The notes under the pieces were generated by a model that did not search any database, was not told where the DNA came from, and was given only the letters and a program-made list of their open reading frames with translations. Source: an archaeon (lineage in GTDB: Archaea; Micrarchaeota; Micrarchaeia; Norongarragalinales; UBA97). Taken from it: 64,000 nt of DNA. Of the stretch, positions 9,232 to 19,664 are shown piece by piece. A program made the position numbers and the translations under genes. Positions within the stretch are counted from its first letter, which is position 1. Every line of letters starts with the position of its first letter. The stretch spans positions 96,001-160,000 of the forward strand of contig JAGVFW010000004.1 of assembly GCA_020057405.1 (NCBI GenBank), written 5' to 3'.

Positions 9232-9870
9232 TTGCGCGAGGGACTCAAATTGCCTGAACGATTCTATTCCAAATCGCCGCAGACTGAATACACGCCTACG
9301 GTAAAGCACTTCATCGGCACCGTCTTTCCAGCGGAAGTTAGGGGCAAAGAGGACCTTGAGCAGCTGCTAGAAGCAGTCAAGCGGGAAATCCCGTTCAAGA
9401 AAGACCTGGCGGAAGTCGAGTCATTCAATCCGGAGCTCAACGAAAGCCTAGACATTGCGAAAGAAAACCGCGAGGACATGGAACACCCCGAAATCCACGC
9501 GCTTGTCCCAGGCGTGCGCAGCGCCGAAGAAATAATCGAAGACGGATTCGTAAGCCACTACTACCCCTGCACGGACTACAACACAGTAATCATGGCCGTG
9601 CTAAGGGCAAAGGGAATCAAATGCAGACTGACTCGCATCATTTCCCAAAAAGCCGTGCACCAAACTTGCTTCACCGAGCTTGAACTCGGCGAAAAACACT
9701 ATCGCGTTCATCCGGTCAAGGAAGGACTCACGGGCCCAGAAATCAAAGAAGGCCTGCTTCAGAAAGAAAGAGCGGAACAGCGCCTGATTACCTCCGAAGA
9801 CCACGAGACAAGCGGCATCAACCTGTACAACCTAATAACTGGCCTTAACCGCATTCGCGGTAAGCCGTGA
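9232..9870 (+). CDS. Transglutaminase-like hypothetical protein
   Basis: RSAEEII...CTDY......LRAKGIKCRL...H pattern; start uncertain. Confidence 0.55.
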   Translation: MREGLKLPERFYSKSPQTEYTPTVKHFIGTVFPAEVRGKEDLEQLLEAVKREIPFKKDLAEVESFNPELNESLDIAKENREDMEHPEIHALVPGVRSAEEIIEDGFVSHYYPCTDYNTVIMAVLRAKGIKCRLTRIISQKAVHQTCFTELELGEKHYRVHPVKEGLTGPEIKEGLLQKERAEQRLITSEDHETSGINLYNLITGLNRIRGKP

Positions 9871-9927
9871 AAAAGAAAACCATGCCCAGCTAGTTAAGTT
9901 AATTAATTCTTGAGGGCAGATTAGCGC

Positions 9928-10344
9928 ATGCCTGCCGAACCCATCCCGCATCCTGTGCTCATAGCACGACTCAAGGCGCCCGAAAAGCACTTTCCCAACG
10001 AAAGTGCCAATGTGCACGCCTTTTCAAGGCTCCTTGCCAGGCAATTCGAGCAAATATTTAAAGAAACTCCCGGGCACGTCAACCCAAAGACCTTCACCAC
10101 AAACGCAATTTTGCTCACCGGCCGGCTTGAAGCCATGCACGATTATGACCTTCAGGCAACGCTCGGAATCGAACCAACTGAGTTAGCTGACGCAAGAAAT
10201 CTCTTTGGCCTCGAACACGAAGACTTTGACGCAATAGTGAAAAGCATCCCCCGAGTCGCCGGGGCAGTAGCCTCCTCGGCCTTTGGGCAAGAAGTTCAAA
10301 AATATCTTAGCGACTACATCGAAAAAAGAAAGAAGCCGGGATAA
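9928..10344 (+). CDS. Hypothetical protein
   Basis: 138-aa ORF preceded by an AT-rich TATA tract. Confidence 0.65.
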   Translation: MPAEPIPHPVLIARLKAPEKHFPNESANVHAFSRLLARQFEQIFKETPGHVNPKTFTTNAILLTGRLEAMHDYDLQATLGIEPTELADARNLFGLEHEDFDAIVKSIPRVAGAVASSAFGQEVQKYLSDYIEKRKKPG

Positions 10345-10362
10345 GCGAATCGAAAGAAAGTA

Positions 10363-10396
10363 AAAAAAATCGGCCGTTCGCACGGCCGCTGTTTTT
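10363..10396. terminator. Bidirectional hairpin terminator-like element
   Basis: A7-CGGCCGT-tcgc-ACGGCCG-T5 between convergent genes. Confidence 0.6.
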
Positions 10397-10406
10397 AGAA
10401 AACGAG

Positions 10407-10481
10407 TTTTGGTGAAGCTTTTCGAGGGCGAGAAGCGAGCCGGCGACAAAGCCGGAAGCCTCGCAGCCCGAAGAAAAGGTT
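10407..10481. repeat. Structured intergenic repeat, copy 2
   Basis: TTTTGGTGAAGCTTTTCGAGGGCGAGAAGCGAGCCGGC...GCCGGAAGCCTCGCAGCCCGAAGAAAAGGTT; compensatory changes relative to copy 1. Confidence 0.75.
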
Positions 10482-10483
10482 CC

Positions 10484-12130
10484 CTACATGTCCATGCCGC
10501 CCATGCCACCGCCTTGCGGCATTTGGGGCTTGCCGCGGCTTGCGATGATGTCGTCGATGCGCAGGATGAGCTCGGTGACTTCGCTGCCGGACTGGATGGC
10601 CTGCTTCTTGACCTTCATGGGCTCGATGACGCCTAGCTTCTTCATGTCGTCAATCTTGCCGTGAAGCACGTCTACGCCGGCGACGTTGCCGGATTTCTCG
10701 TGCTTGGTTCGAAGGTCAACGAGCGTGTCGATGGCGTCCATGCCGCAGCTTTCAGCAAGCGTACGGGGGATGACTTCGAGTGCCTCGGCAAAAGCGGTGA
10801 TGGCAAGCTGCTCGCGTCCGCCCACTTCGATTGCGTACTTGCGCAAGCGCATGGCAAGCGCCATCTCGGTGCTTCCACCGCCTGTGACGTACTTGCCCTC
10901 TTCAAGGGCGCTGGTTACAGAGCCGATTGCGTCGGTAAGTGCGCGCTCGGCCTCGTCGACCACGTGCTCGGAACCGCCGCGCACCAGAATGGTGACGCTC
11001 TTCGGGTCCTTGCATTTCTCGACGAAAACCATGTGCTCGCCTGAAATCTTGCGCTCCTCGACTGCACCGGCCTTGCCCAGGTCGGCTGCGTTCAAGTCGT
11101 CAAGCGTTGTGACAATCTTCGAGCCGGTTGCGCGGACGAGCTTTTCCATGTCGCTCTTCTTCACGCGCCGTGCCGCGAGGATGCCGCGCTTGGCTAGGTA
11201 GTGCTGCGCGACATCGTCAATGCCCTTTTGGCAGAAGAGGACGTTTGCGCCCGTTGCTGCAACTTTCTCGACCATGTCCTTTAGGACCTTTTCCTCGTGC
11301 TCGAGGTAGGCGGTGAGTTGCTCTGGTGCGGTAATCTGGATGCGCGCGTCGGTCTCGGGCTTCTCGATCTCGAGTGCCACGTCGACGAGTGCAATCCTTG
11401 CGTTCTCGATGCGCTTTGGCATTCCCGGGTGCACGACTTCCTTATCGATGAGCACGCCGTTAATCACTTGAGTCTGCATGACGTCGCCGCCCTGCTTCTT
11501 TTCGAGTTTGATGTAGTCCTTGTCAATGATAATCTTGCCGTCGCGGGTTTCCGCAACCTGAACGACTGCGTTGACTACCATCTCGGCGAGCACGTCCTTT
11601 GCGGTGCCGTGACCGATGGTCTTGCTGCCCATGCTGATTGCGGCAATGCGCTGAAGCAACTTCTTCTCGTCCATGCCGATGGGCGTGCTGATTTGCCCTA
11701 GGATTTCGATTGACTTTTGCGCGGCTGCCTTGTAGCCGTTGATAATCGTGGAGGCGTGGATGCCCTGGTCGAGCAAGTCAACGCTGTTTTTGAGCATTTC
11801 GCCGGCGAGGACAACTGCGGTGGTCGTTCCGTCGCCGACTTCGTCGTCCTGCGTTTTCGCGATTTCGACCATCATCTTGCCGGCCGGGTGCTCGATGTTC
11901 ATTTCTTTCAGGATGGTGGCGCCGTCATTCGTGATGACGATATCGCCCATCTCGCTAACGAGCATCTTGTCCATGCCGCGTGGACCGAGAGTCGACTTTA
12001 CTGCGTTGGCAACTGCCACGCCGACTGCAATGTTTGAGCGCTGTGCGTCGCGACCGATAACGCGCGAGCTGCCTTCAGGCAAAATGAGTACCTGCTGACC
12101 GCCTATTTGACCCTGCTGAATTGATGCCAT
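10484..12130 (-). CDS. ths: Thermosome (group II chaperonin) subunit
   Basis: [35 protein letters not shown] tail; ATG 12130 with GGGGTGG SD. Confidence 0.97.
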   Translation of the reverse strand: MASIQQGQIGGQQVLILPEGSSRVIGRDAQRSNIAVGVAVANAVKSTLGPRGMDKMLVSEMGDIVITNDGATILKEMNIEHPAGKMMVEIAKTQDDEVGDGTTTAVVLAGEMLKNSVDLLDQGIHASTIINGYKAAAQKSIEILGQISTPIGMDEKKLLQRIAAISMGSKTIGHGTAKDVLAEMVVNAVVQVAETRDGKIIIDKDYIKLEKKQGGDVMQTQVINGVLIDKEVVHPGMPKRIENARIALVDVALEIEKPETDARIQITAPEQLTAYLEHEEKVLKDMVEKVAATGANVLFCQKGIDDVAQHYLAKRGILAARRVKKSDMEKLVRATGSKIVTTLDDLNAADLGKAGAVEERKISGEHMVFVEKCKDPKSVTILVRGGSEHVVDEAERALTDAIGSVTSALEEGKYVTGGGSTEMALAMRLRKYAIEVGGREQLAITAFAEALEVIPRTLAESCGMDAIDTLVDLRTKHEKSGNVAGVDVLHGKIDDMKKLGVIEPMKVKKQAIQSGSEVTELILRIDDIIASRGKPQMPQGGGMGGMDM

Positions 12131-12265
12131 AGAAACCACCCCAAAATAAAACACTGCTAAATGCAAGCTGGAAAGCCAACCAAGCAAAACCAGTACAATA
12201 TATAGAATGCCGAAAAGCATTTAAAAACACTTTTGCGGGGCACAGCCGGGATTCCGTAGCGCAAG

Positions 12266-14008
12266 TCAGGCTTTTGCCGGGGGTTTGCCAAGCGCGTCCG
12301 GCTTGAGCCTCGCTTCAAGGATTGCCTTGACTTTAGCCAGCTGCGCGGGGTCGACTTTCGTGAAAAGCGGCTTGATTTCCGCCATTGGCGCAATCTCGTG
12401 GCCCGCGGGCAGCTTTTGCTCAGCTGCTGAATTCCAGCTTGAGCCCTCGATTGAGCCGAGCTTTAGGTAGTCGAAAATCTTTTGCGAAGAGGACGGAATG
12501 AAGGGTTGCAGAACCACGGCAAGTGAGCGCACGGCTTGCAGAGTCATGAAAACGGTCGTCGCTGCTTTCCGCTTGCCTTCCTCGCCTTCCTTGACTTTCT
12601 TCCAAGGCTCGCCGTCGTTGAAGTACTTGTTAGACTCGTGGGCAATCTGCATGGCTTCGCGCAGCGCTTCCTGCCATCGGTAGGCGTAGAAGGACTCCTC
12701 GCTTGAGGCGACCTGTTTTTTGACTGCGCGCCAGAAATCGTTGTCGGCAGGTTGCAGCTCGCCCGGCGCAGGCACTTTTCCTTCAAAGTTCATGTGCGTG
12801 AAAGAAAGGCAGCGGTGCACTAGGTTACCTACGGCATCGGCCAGGTCCTTGTTGCTTTTTTGCATGAGTTCGTGCAGCGAAAAGTCCGCGTCGCCCTGCT
12901 CGGGCAGGATACTGCACAAGTAATACCGCCAGTAGTCGGCGGGGAACCACTCTAGCGCCTCGTCGGAGTTTATTCCCCAGTTGCGCGAGGTGGAAAACTT
13001 CTTGCCCTCGAGGTTTAGAAACTCTAGTGACTTGACTTGCGAGGGGAGGTCGGCATAACCGCTTGCCATAAGCATTGACGGCCAGATGACGGTGTGGAAG
13101 GCAAGATTGTCTTTTCCAAGGACGTTAACTATTTTGCAGTCGCGGTTCTTCCAGTAGTGCTCCCAAAGCGCGGAGTCGCCCTTTGTTCTTGCCCACTCTT
13201 TTGTGAACGACACGTAGCCGATGGGAGCGTCGAACCACACGTAGAAGACCTTGTCTTCGTACCCCGGCATCGGGACCTTGACGCCCCATGAGAGGTCGCG
13301 GGTGATGCACCGCTCGTGCAGGCCCTGCGCAATCCATTGCAGCGCGAAGTTGCGCGCATTTTGCGGCCACTGCTCCTGTTCAGTAATCCACGTTTTTAGT
13401 TGGCCGGATAGTTTTTGCAGCTGCAAAAACAAGTGCTTGGTCTTGCGGAACTCTATTTCGCTTTTCCCGCACACGTTGCAGTGGGGCTTCTTGAGGTCAA
13501 TTGGGTCAAGCACTTTTCCGCACTTCTCGCACTGGTCGCCGCGGGCGCCCTCAAAGCCGCAGTGCGGGCACGTGCCCTCAATGTACCGGTCGGGCAGGAA
13601 TCGCTTGTCGAACAGGCAGTAGGGCGTCTGCATTTCCTTCTCGATGACGTAGCCCTTGTCGTAAATTGCCTTGAAAATTTCTTGAGTCGTCGCGTGGTTC
13701 TCGCCGGAACTTGTGCGGCCGAAGTAGTCAAACGACAGGCCCCACTTTCCGTAAATCTCCTTTTGTTTCGCGTGGTACTTGTCGGCGAAAGCCTGCACGG
13801 GAACGCCGGCCTTGAGGGCCGCGACTTCGATTGTGGTGCCGTGCTCGTCGGTGCCGCAAACGTAAATCACGTCAGCGCCCTGGAGGCGCAGGAAGCGCGC
13901 GTAGACGTCGGCGGGAAGCAGGCTGCCGACCAGGTTGCCGATGTGCTTGACGCCGTTGGCGTACGGCAGGGCGCTTAACACGAGGTAAACTGGCTTGTCT
14001 TCTGGCAT
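12266..14008 (-). CDS. metG: Methionyl-tRNA synthetase (no C-terminal dimerisation domain)
   Basis: ALPYANG..HIGN, CGTDEHG, zinc knuckles, YVWFDA, GKDN..FH, KFSTS. Confidence 0.97.
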   Translation of the reverse strand: MPEDKPVYLVLSALPYANGVKHIGNLVGSLLPADVYARFLRLQGADVIYVCGTDEHGTTIEVAALKAGVPVQAFADKYHAKQKEIYGKWGLSFDYFGRTSSGENHATTQEIFKAIYDKGYVIEKEMQTPYCLFDKRFLPDRYIEGTCPHCGFEGARGDQCEKCGKVLDPIDLKKPHCNVCGKSEIEFRKTKHLFLQLQKLSGQLKTWITEQEQWPQNARNFALQWIAQGLHERCITRDLSWGVKVPMPGYEDKVFYVWFDAPIGYVSFTKEWARTKGDSALWEHYWKNRDCKIVNVLGKDNLAFHTVIWPSMLMASGYADLPSQVKSLEFLNLEGKKFSTSRNWGINSDEALEWFPADYWRYYLCSILPEQGDADFSLHELMQKSNKDLADAVGNLVHRCLSFTHMNFEGKVPAPGELQPADNDFWRAVKKQVASSEESFYAYRWQEALREAMQIAHESNKYFNDGEPWKKVKEGEEGKRKAATTVFMTLQAVRSLAVVLQPFIPSSSQKIFDYLKLGSIEGSSWNSAAEQKLPAGHEIAPMAEIKPLFTKVDPAQLAKVKAILEARLKPDALGKPPAKA

Positions 14009-14090
14009 CGGAATCACTCAAAAACTCTTGTGCCACCAACTATTATTTATAGCAATAGAAGCCCGAAATTACTAGAGAACTTATTCTGGC

Positions 14091-14165
14091 GCTCCAATCG
14101 TCTAGTCCGGTCAAGGACACTGGCCTTTCAAGCCAGCGACTCGGGTTCAAATCCCGATTGGAGCA
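14091..14165 (+). tRNA. tRNA-Glu(TTC)
   Basis: GCTCCAA/TTGGAGC acceptor, CTGGC-CT TTC AA-GCCAG. Confidence 0.95.
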
Positions 14166-14175
14166 CTTCAACTCC

Positions 14176-15162
14176 TCAAGAACAACGACTCTCGCACTCG
14201 CTAAACGTGCCGGGTCCGGCCTCGGGCGAGAAGTAAATGCAATAGGGCGGGAGTTTCGTCTGCGGGTTCTTGCAAATAGTTACGAAGGCATCGAAACTGC
14301 CGCACGATTGGATAGCGCCATAACCTCCGAAATCCAATAGGCGGAATTGTTTTGTCTCATCTGTGCAGGAAGTTTCTTGCAAGATTTTCTGGTCCACGAC
14401 GAAAATAATGTCGCCCGGGCTCACATTTGCTTCTGATAAGTAAGCACTGCGAGTCATGCCCCAGGTTTGCATCAGCTCACCTCGGCGGAAACTTAAGTTC
14501 ATTACGGCATTGGGTTTAGCGGTCCGCAAGTAGTCGCTCAAGGCGAGCTCCAGCTGACCCCAAGAATTTATCTGACCCCCGTCAGAAGGCGCGGCAGTAT
14601 TTGTGGTTGAAGTTGATTCGTCTGGCTTGCAGCCAGTTACCTTTGGACCCGTGTCTTTCGAGTCGATGCAAACTTTGTAGGCAGGCGGCTGTGATGAAGT
14701 GTCGCCGCAAACTACGAAAACTATTTGCGCTTCAGGCGACGAGAGCGCGGCAGAAACTAACTTAGCTCCATTCGTTCCGCCAACTGTCGAACCGCTGCCA
14801 ACCACCCCGGCAGCACCAGATTCGAACTTGAATTCGTCAGTGTCCCGGATGCTGACGATATCGCCGCGGATTTGTTTTGCGAAAATTGTGGTGCCGCGCT
14901 TGATGATTGCCTTTGTGGGCGGCGAGCAGCCGTAGCCCTGGGTGACCACGTCTTTGAGCTTGTCGTGCATGAGCTTGTCGGGTTCAAGCGAGTAGGTATG
15001 CACGGGAGAAGGAAAGAAGCCAATGAGAAGCAATACTACGATAACCGCGATAATTCCTGCAGCGAAGCTAAGCAACCCGCCCAGCATAGACCCGCCGGGG
15101 CTGCCGCCCTCGTTTTGGGACGCTCTCGCCTCGTTGGATTTGACTTTAGGCAACGAACCCAC
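14176..15162 (-). CDS. Membrane-anchored Cys-containing extracellular protein with two related domains
   Basis: N-terminal TM, Thr-rich linker, two ..VC...PP.Y..C segments; start uncertain. Confidence 0.65.
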   Translation of the reverse strand: MGSLPKVKSNEARASQNEGGSPGGSMLGGLLSFAAGIIAVIVVLLLIGFFPSPVHTYSLEPDKLMHDKLKDVVTQGYGCSPPTKAIIKRGTTIFAKQIRGDIVSIRDTDEFKFESGAAGVVGSGSTVGGTNGAKLVSAALSSPEAQIVFVVCGDTSSQPPAYKVCIDSKDTGPKVTGCKPDESTSTTNTAAPSDGGQINSWGQLELALSDYLRTAKPNAVMNLSFRRGELMQTWGMTRSAYLSEANVSPGDIIFVVDQKILQETSCTDETKQFRLLDFGGYGAIQSCGSFDAFVTICKNPQTKLPPYCIYFSPEAGPGTFSECESRCS

Positions 15163-15793
15163 CCCACTCCACTACGGTGAAGCCCTTGCGCTGCGGAGTC
15201 TCGGTTATCGGTGCTACCAGCTTCTCTTCTTCGGCTGTTGGCCGAAAGCCAATCAGAACCCGAATTACAGTGTCCGGCTTTGGAGAAACCGAAAGCCTGA
15301 GCTTAGAGTCAATTTCGCTCTGCGGAATTACGTAAACTGAATAATACGGCGAATACTGCAGCCGGGCAGTCCAGTACGCAAGAAATTCCTTGCGTTCGGC
15401 ATCGTTCAAGCCAAGCTGCTTGAGACGATAGTCCAGAACCGAAGGAAGCTGCCCGTAGGGAACCGACCAGCCGTAAGAAAGCGGAAACTTCCGGCCAAGG
15501 TAGGTAGTTTCGTAGAAAAGGTAAGGATACTGGCGCCCGCCTGCGACCAAAACCGAATCGGGATAAGCCGTAAACTTCCAAACTGCAGGGGACACCAATC
15601 CAACATCCGGTTCGGAAGCGATGAACAACTCGTCAGAAGAAACTGAAGCCGTGACTTGAGTTGGGAAAGTCGGGTAAAAATAGATGGCCGGCTTGGCTAT
15701 CATAAAGAATGAAAGGAAAAGGAAAATCGCTAGAATAATGCCCATGACAACGCCGACAACGAACAGTTTCTTGTCAAACCACGACGGCAGCAT
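15146..15793 (-). CDS. Conserved hypothetical membrane-anchored protein (KP.IY.YP ... VVEWGG type)
   Basis: KPAIYFYP, YPYLFYE, EF..YW, PKPDT.IRV, R.GFTVVEWGG. Confidence 0.8.
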   Translation of the reverse strand: MLPSWFDKKLFVVGVVMGIILAIFLFLSFFMIAKPAIYFYPTFPTQVTASVSSDELFIASEPDVGLVSPAVWKFTAYPDSVLVAGGRQYPYLFYETTYLGRKFPLSYGWSVPYGQLPSVLDYRLKQLGLNDAERKEFLAYWTARLQYSPYYSVYVIPQSEIDSKLRLSVSPKPDTVIRVLIGFRPTAEEEKLVAPITETPQRKGFTVVEWGGFVA

Positions 15794-15841
15794 ACAAAAG
15801 CCATTGGTTCCGGCTTCTTAAGCATATTGAAAGCCGCGCGG

Positions 15842-16333
15842 TTACGCGCGGTAACTCGCCTTCTTGATGACGATGTCCTTTGCCGGCCAGTCTTCGAAGA
15901 AGCCGCGGGTTGCGGTTTTTGTTTCGCCGATTTTCTTGACAACGTCAAGGCCGCTCGTCACTTTGCCGAAGACGGCGTAGCCGTCGTTTGAGGCGGAGTG
16001 GTTGAGAAAGTCGTTGTTCTTGAGGTTGATGAAGAACTGGGAAGTCGCGCTGCCGGGGTCGTTCGTGCGCGCCATCGCAATGGTGCCCAAGTCGTTCTTC
16101 AGGCCATTGTCGGCCTCAAAGGCAATCGGTGGTTTGGTTGGCTTTTCGTTGCCTGCAGAATTAAAGCCGCCGCCCTGGACCATGAAGTTCTTTATCACAC
16201 GGTGGAAAATGAGCCCGTCGTAAAAGCCGCTTTTCACGTACTGCACGAAATTCTCTACTGACGCGGGTGCGACCCTGCGGTTAAGCTCGATTTCGATGTT
16301 TCCTTCGCTAGTCTCTAGTACTACAATTTCCAC
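15842..16333 (-). CDS. ppiA: Cyclophilin-type peptidyl-prolyl isomerase
   Basis: FHRVIKNFMVQGGG, GTIAMART..P.SATSQFFIN, GYAVFGKV. Confidence 0.95.
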   Translation of the reverse strand: MEIVVLETSEGNIEIELNRRVAPASVENFVQYVKSGFYDGLIFHRVIKNFMVQGGGFNSAGNEKPTKPPIAFEADNGLKNDLGTIAMARTNDPGSATSQFFINLKNNDFLNHSASNDGYAVFGKVTSGLDVVKKIGETKTATRGFFEDWPAKDIVIKKASYRA

Positions 16334-16345
16334 TTAAAACCACCC

Positions 16346-16546
16346 TCAAGATTTGGCTGACTTTTCCTTATGCTTGTTGAATGCGAGCCTAAACCGCTCG
16401 AGACGTTCGAGGTAATGCCGCTCTTGCTCTGGAGTTCGTTCGAGCTGCGGGGTTTTTGCCAGAAACTCTTTGAACTTGCTTTTGTCCGCCGCTTCCTTCA
16501 CCGTCTTTTTGCGGTGCAGTTCTCGGATTTCCTCTTCCTCGTCCAT
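16346..16546 (-). CDS. Small charged hypothetical protein
   Basis: 66-aa ORF co-oriented directly upstream of ppiA; TTTAAA upstream. Confidence 0.6.
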   Translation of the reverse strand: MDEEEEIRELHRKKTVKEAADKSKFKEFLAKTPQLERTPEQERHYLERLERFRLAFNKHKEKSAKS

Positions 16547-16625
16547 CGGTAGTCAATTCACTCAAACCACGAATTTAAACTCTTGCAAAACGCTTTTAAG
16601 TTCGCTGAAGCCTACTCAAGTCATA

Positions 16626-17558
16626 ATGAAGTTGTTTGCCGCCGTGGTGGGCGTCTTATTTGCACTCCAGCTTGCAGCAGCCTATCCCCAGCTAGTCGTC
16701 ACTGTTGACGCGCCAAGGTACGCTTCGGCACTTGAGCCGATGCTCTCGGTGCCTGAACTCAAGGGATTCATTGGCGACTCGGCAACAATTCTGGTGCGCG
16801 CCGGGAGCGACCGCGCGTTCTTCAAGATAGAGGGCGGGAAGGCAACTTACTTGGCAACCGCCAACGGCGACGCCGACTTCACCGCTTCGGGCTCGATGGA
16901 TGCCTGGCTCACGCTCCTTAACGCGGTTGACAAGACACTCACGTTCAAGCGCCTGCTCGCAGCGCGTGCCATTGTAATCAGCGCGCGCGACGGGGTAAAG
17001 CAGGCTGCGATAAACGCCGGAATGTCAAGTGGTGCTCTTTCAGTTGATGCCATCAAGGACGGCGACTCAATGCGCTATGACGGCGAAGGGCGCATCCGCA
17101 TGGAAAACAACAGACCAATACTGCAAGTCGGCAACGACAACTTCCTGCTCAACCGCTTTGGCGGGATTGTCGGCGGCCTCCCGAAAGGCTACGACCGCTT
17201 TTCACAGCCGCCCGCAAAGCTCGGCCTCTATTTTGAAAAGCCCCCTGGCGTGCTCGCGCAGTTTCCCGGACTCATCTACGACACGGTCTCCAATCACCCG
17301 TCGCCCAACATGATGGGACCGTGGAATGTCTTCAAGATTAACCCGGGGCTCATTGGCCCGGACCAGATACTCAAGCTAAACCCGGGATTAATCGGGCCGG
17401 CAGACATGGCGCTCCTCAACCCGAACCTGCGTGGCCCTGCGGAATTCGCGCACATGATGGGCATCGGCGCGCACAGCCGCTCGGCGCAGGCGCTGCAGGA
17501 CCGGGGAATGCTTGGCAACTTTGACTTGTCAAACCACAATCGATGGGGACAACGCTAA
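16626..17558 (+). CDS. Secreted protein with SCP2-like segment and C-terminal NPGLIGP repeats
   Basis: Signal peptide MKLFAAVVGVLFALQLAAA; ADFTASGSMDAWLTLL; 14-aa periodic repeats. Confidence 0.7.
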   Translation: MKLFAAVVGVLFALQLAAAYPQLVVTVDAPRYASALEPMLSVPELKGFIGDSATILVRAGSDRAFFKIEGGKATYLATANGDADFTASGSMDAWLTLLNAVDKTLTFKRLLAARAIVISARDGVKQAAINAGMSSGALSVDAIKDGDSMRYDGEGRIRMENNRPILQVGNDNFLLNRFGGIVGGLPKGYDRFSQPPAKLGLYFEKPPGVLAQFPGLIYDTVSNHPSPNMMGPWNVFKINPGLIGPDQILKLNPGLIGPADMALLNPNLRGPAEFAHMMGIGAHSRSAQALQDRGMLGNFDLSNHNRWGQR

Positions 17559-18005
17559 ATGAAGCTCGGCACAATAATCATCGTCCTCTTCGTCTTGGCA
17601 CTAATCGCGGCAGGCGCATTCATCTTCCTCGCCTCAACGGGGGGAAGCGGTGAACCGCAGCCTTACGCCGAGGAAGTGAGCCTGGAGCAGCGCAGCGCGA
17701 ATGCGGGCGTGATTTCGGCCCTTGCGGCCGGCGGAATCGACAGTGCGATGGCCGACGTTAGCGCAAACCAAGTCTACATTGCATACGACTTGCCCGCCGG
17801 GACTGACGCGGACATAATGCAGCAGTTTGCGCTCGGCGTTGCCGGCAGCGCTGCTGAGAACTCCAAAAACATCGTTGTGCTCCAATACCAGGACGAGAAG
17901 CCCAAGACTGCCTGGACGGTCTCTGCCGCGGACTTTGACGCGTTCATGCGCAAGCAGATTACTGCAGAACAGCTGGACGCCAGGATTGCGAAGCAAAACT
18001 TCTAA
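17559..18005 (+). CDS. Membrane-anchored hypothetical protein
   Basis: Abuts upstream stop codon; N-terminal TM. Confidence 0.75.
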   Translation: MKLGTIIIVLFVLALIAAGAFIFLASTGGSGEPQPYAEEVSLEQRSANAGVISALAAGGIDSAMADVSANQVYIAYDLPAGTDADIMQQFALGVAGSAAENSKNIVVLQYQDEKPKTAWTVSAADFDAFMRKQITAEQLDARIAKQNF

Positions 18006-18086
18006 GCGCGCGAAATCCGCGGGCCCTAATTCCATTCCACCTAACTTACCGTATTTAATCCAAAGGCCGCCCTTAGTGTTATTGTC

Positions 18087-19664
18087 ATGAAACCAGTTGA
18101 AACTTCGTTGCCCCAGGGGTCTGCAGAAACATCCTCGGCCCTAAAGTCAGTCGTTAAGGGCGCGGGACTCGTGCTCGTCGGCCTGGCAATCTCAAAGGCA
18201 ATGTCTTACTTCCTTCGCCTAGTCTTAGCCAGGCTGGGTCCCGAGCAGTACGGCCTCTTCACACTCGGCCTCACGGTTTTTGACTTTGCCACGTTTCTCA
18301 CTTCACTGAGCCTCCTTACTGCGGTGCTGCGTTACGCGCCCGAGTACCACGCGCTTGGCAACAACAAGCGGCTCTTAGGCGTTTTTTCCGACTCGGTCAA
18401 GCTCATAATCGCCGCAGGCATCGCCGGCTCTGCAATCCTCTACTTTTCTGCAGACGCGATTTCAACAATCGTCTTTCACCAGCCCGCTCTTGCGGGCATC
18501 CTGCGCATAATGTCGTTTGCAATAGTGTTCTACAACCTCAGCGGCGTAGTCACGTCGCTTGCTCGCGCGCTTAACCGCGTGGAGTATGAAGTCGCGCTAA
18601 AGATGGTTGTCGAAAACGCATTCAAGCTCGCCTTGGCCGCAACGGCGGTTGCCATGGGCCTTGGTCTCGCGGGCGTCACGGCTGGATTCTCAATAGCCAT
18701 TTTCCTCACCTGCCTCGTTTCATTCTACGCAGTTGAAAAGAAGGTCTACCCGTTTGTTGCAAAGGCAACTTCGGGCGCCCCCATCGAAAGCACGGCAAGG
18801 CAGCTTCTGACGTTCTCGCTTCCCCTCACCGCGGACGGCCTGGTGTGGATGGTGGCGGCGTCGGCTGACATCATAGTCATAGGCATTTTCCTGGGCGCAG
18901 CACAAGTGGGCATCTACGGCACGGCGCTCCCGACCGCAGCGTTCCTGACCGTGATACCGCTTGCGCTGCAGACTATGTTCAAGCCACTCACCGTCGGGCT
19001 GCTTGCCAAGAAGAAGACCGAGGACGTCAAGCGAGTTTACTACACGCTTAGCAAGTGGGTATTCGCGGCCAACCTCGCGGTTCTTTTGCCGGTCGTCGTT
19101 TTCGCCACCCAGATAATCGCTATTCTCTTCGGCCGCGACTACGGCCCGGCGGCCCTGCCACTCTCGATACTCTCGACTGGCTTTTTCTTAAGCCAGCTCT
19201 TGCGCATTGGCGAGGAAATCGTGGTCGCATACGACAGAACCGTGTTTTTGCTTGCAAACGCGGTCGTGGCAGTTGCGATTGCTGGGCTTGCCCAATTGTT
19301 GCTCGTCCCGCATTACGGGATTGCTGGAGCTGCAGTCGGCGCGGCGCTGACTTGGCTCGCCATGGGCTTCGGCATTTGGTATAAGGCAAGGAGGCTCACC
19401 GGGTTTTCGCCTTTTGCCGCATCCAAGTACCTGCACATCACTCTTTCGGGCGGGATTGCCGTCGGTGCGTCCTACTTGCTCGCCAAGTACTTCCTTGCCG
19501 CCGACGTCTTTGGCGCAATCGTGATACTCGTTTCATTCGTAGCGGTTTACGCAATTTGCCTGCGCGGCCTTAAAGTCGCCGACGAGTATGACATCGAGGT
19601 CGGCGAGGCCATCACGCGCAAGCTCGGCATTAAAATCAACGTCAGGAAAATCCTGACAGCGTGA
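18087..19664 (+). CDS. Wzx/AglR-like oligosaccharide flippase (MOP superfamily)
   Basis: 12-14 TMs; LARLGPEQYG, DIIVIG.FLG...VGIY, L.P.YGI.GAA. Confidence 0.9.
   Translation: MKPVETSLPQGSAETSSALKSVVKGAGLVLVGLAISKAMSYFLRLVLARLGPEQYGLFTLGLTVFDFATFLTSLSLLTAVLRYAPEYHALGNNKRLLGVFSDSVKLIIAAGIAGSAILYFSADAISTIVFHQPALAGILRIMSFAIVFYNLSGVVTSLARALNRVEYEVALKMVVENAFKLALAATAVAMGLGLAGVTAGFSIAIFLTCLVSFYAVEKKVYPFVAKATSGAPIESTARQLLTFSLPLTADGLVWMVAASADIIVIGIFLGAAQVGIYGTALPTAAFLTVIPLALQTMFKPLTVGLLAKKKTEDVKRVYYTLSKWVFAANLAVLLPVVVFATQIIAILFGRDYGPAALPLSILSTGFFLSQLLRIGEEIVVAYDRTVFLLANAVVAVAIAGLAQLLLVPHYGIAGAAVGAALTWLAMGFGIWYKARRLTGFSPFAASKYLHITLSGGIAVGASYLLAKYFLAADVFGAIVILVSFVAVYAICLRGLKVADEYDIEVGEAITRKLGIKINVRKILTA

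Noticed and set aside
14070-14080. TACTAGAG upstream of tRNA-Glu resembling the array half-site
   Set aside because: Only 8 nt, with no partner arm or tRNA-derived tail; compatible with chance
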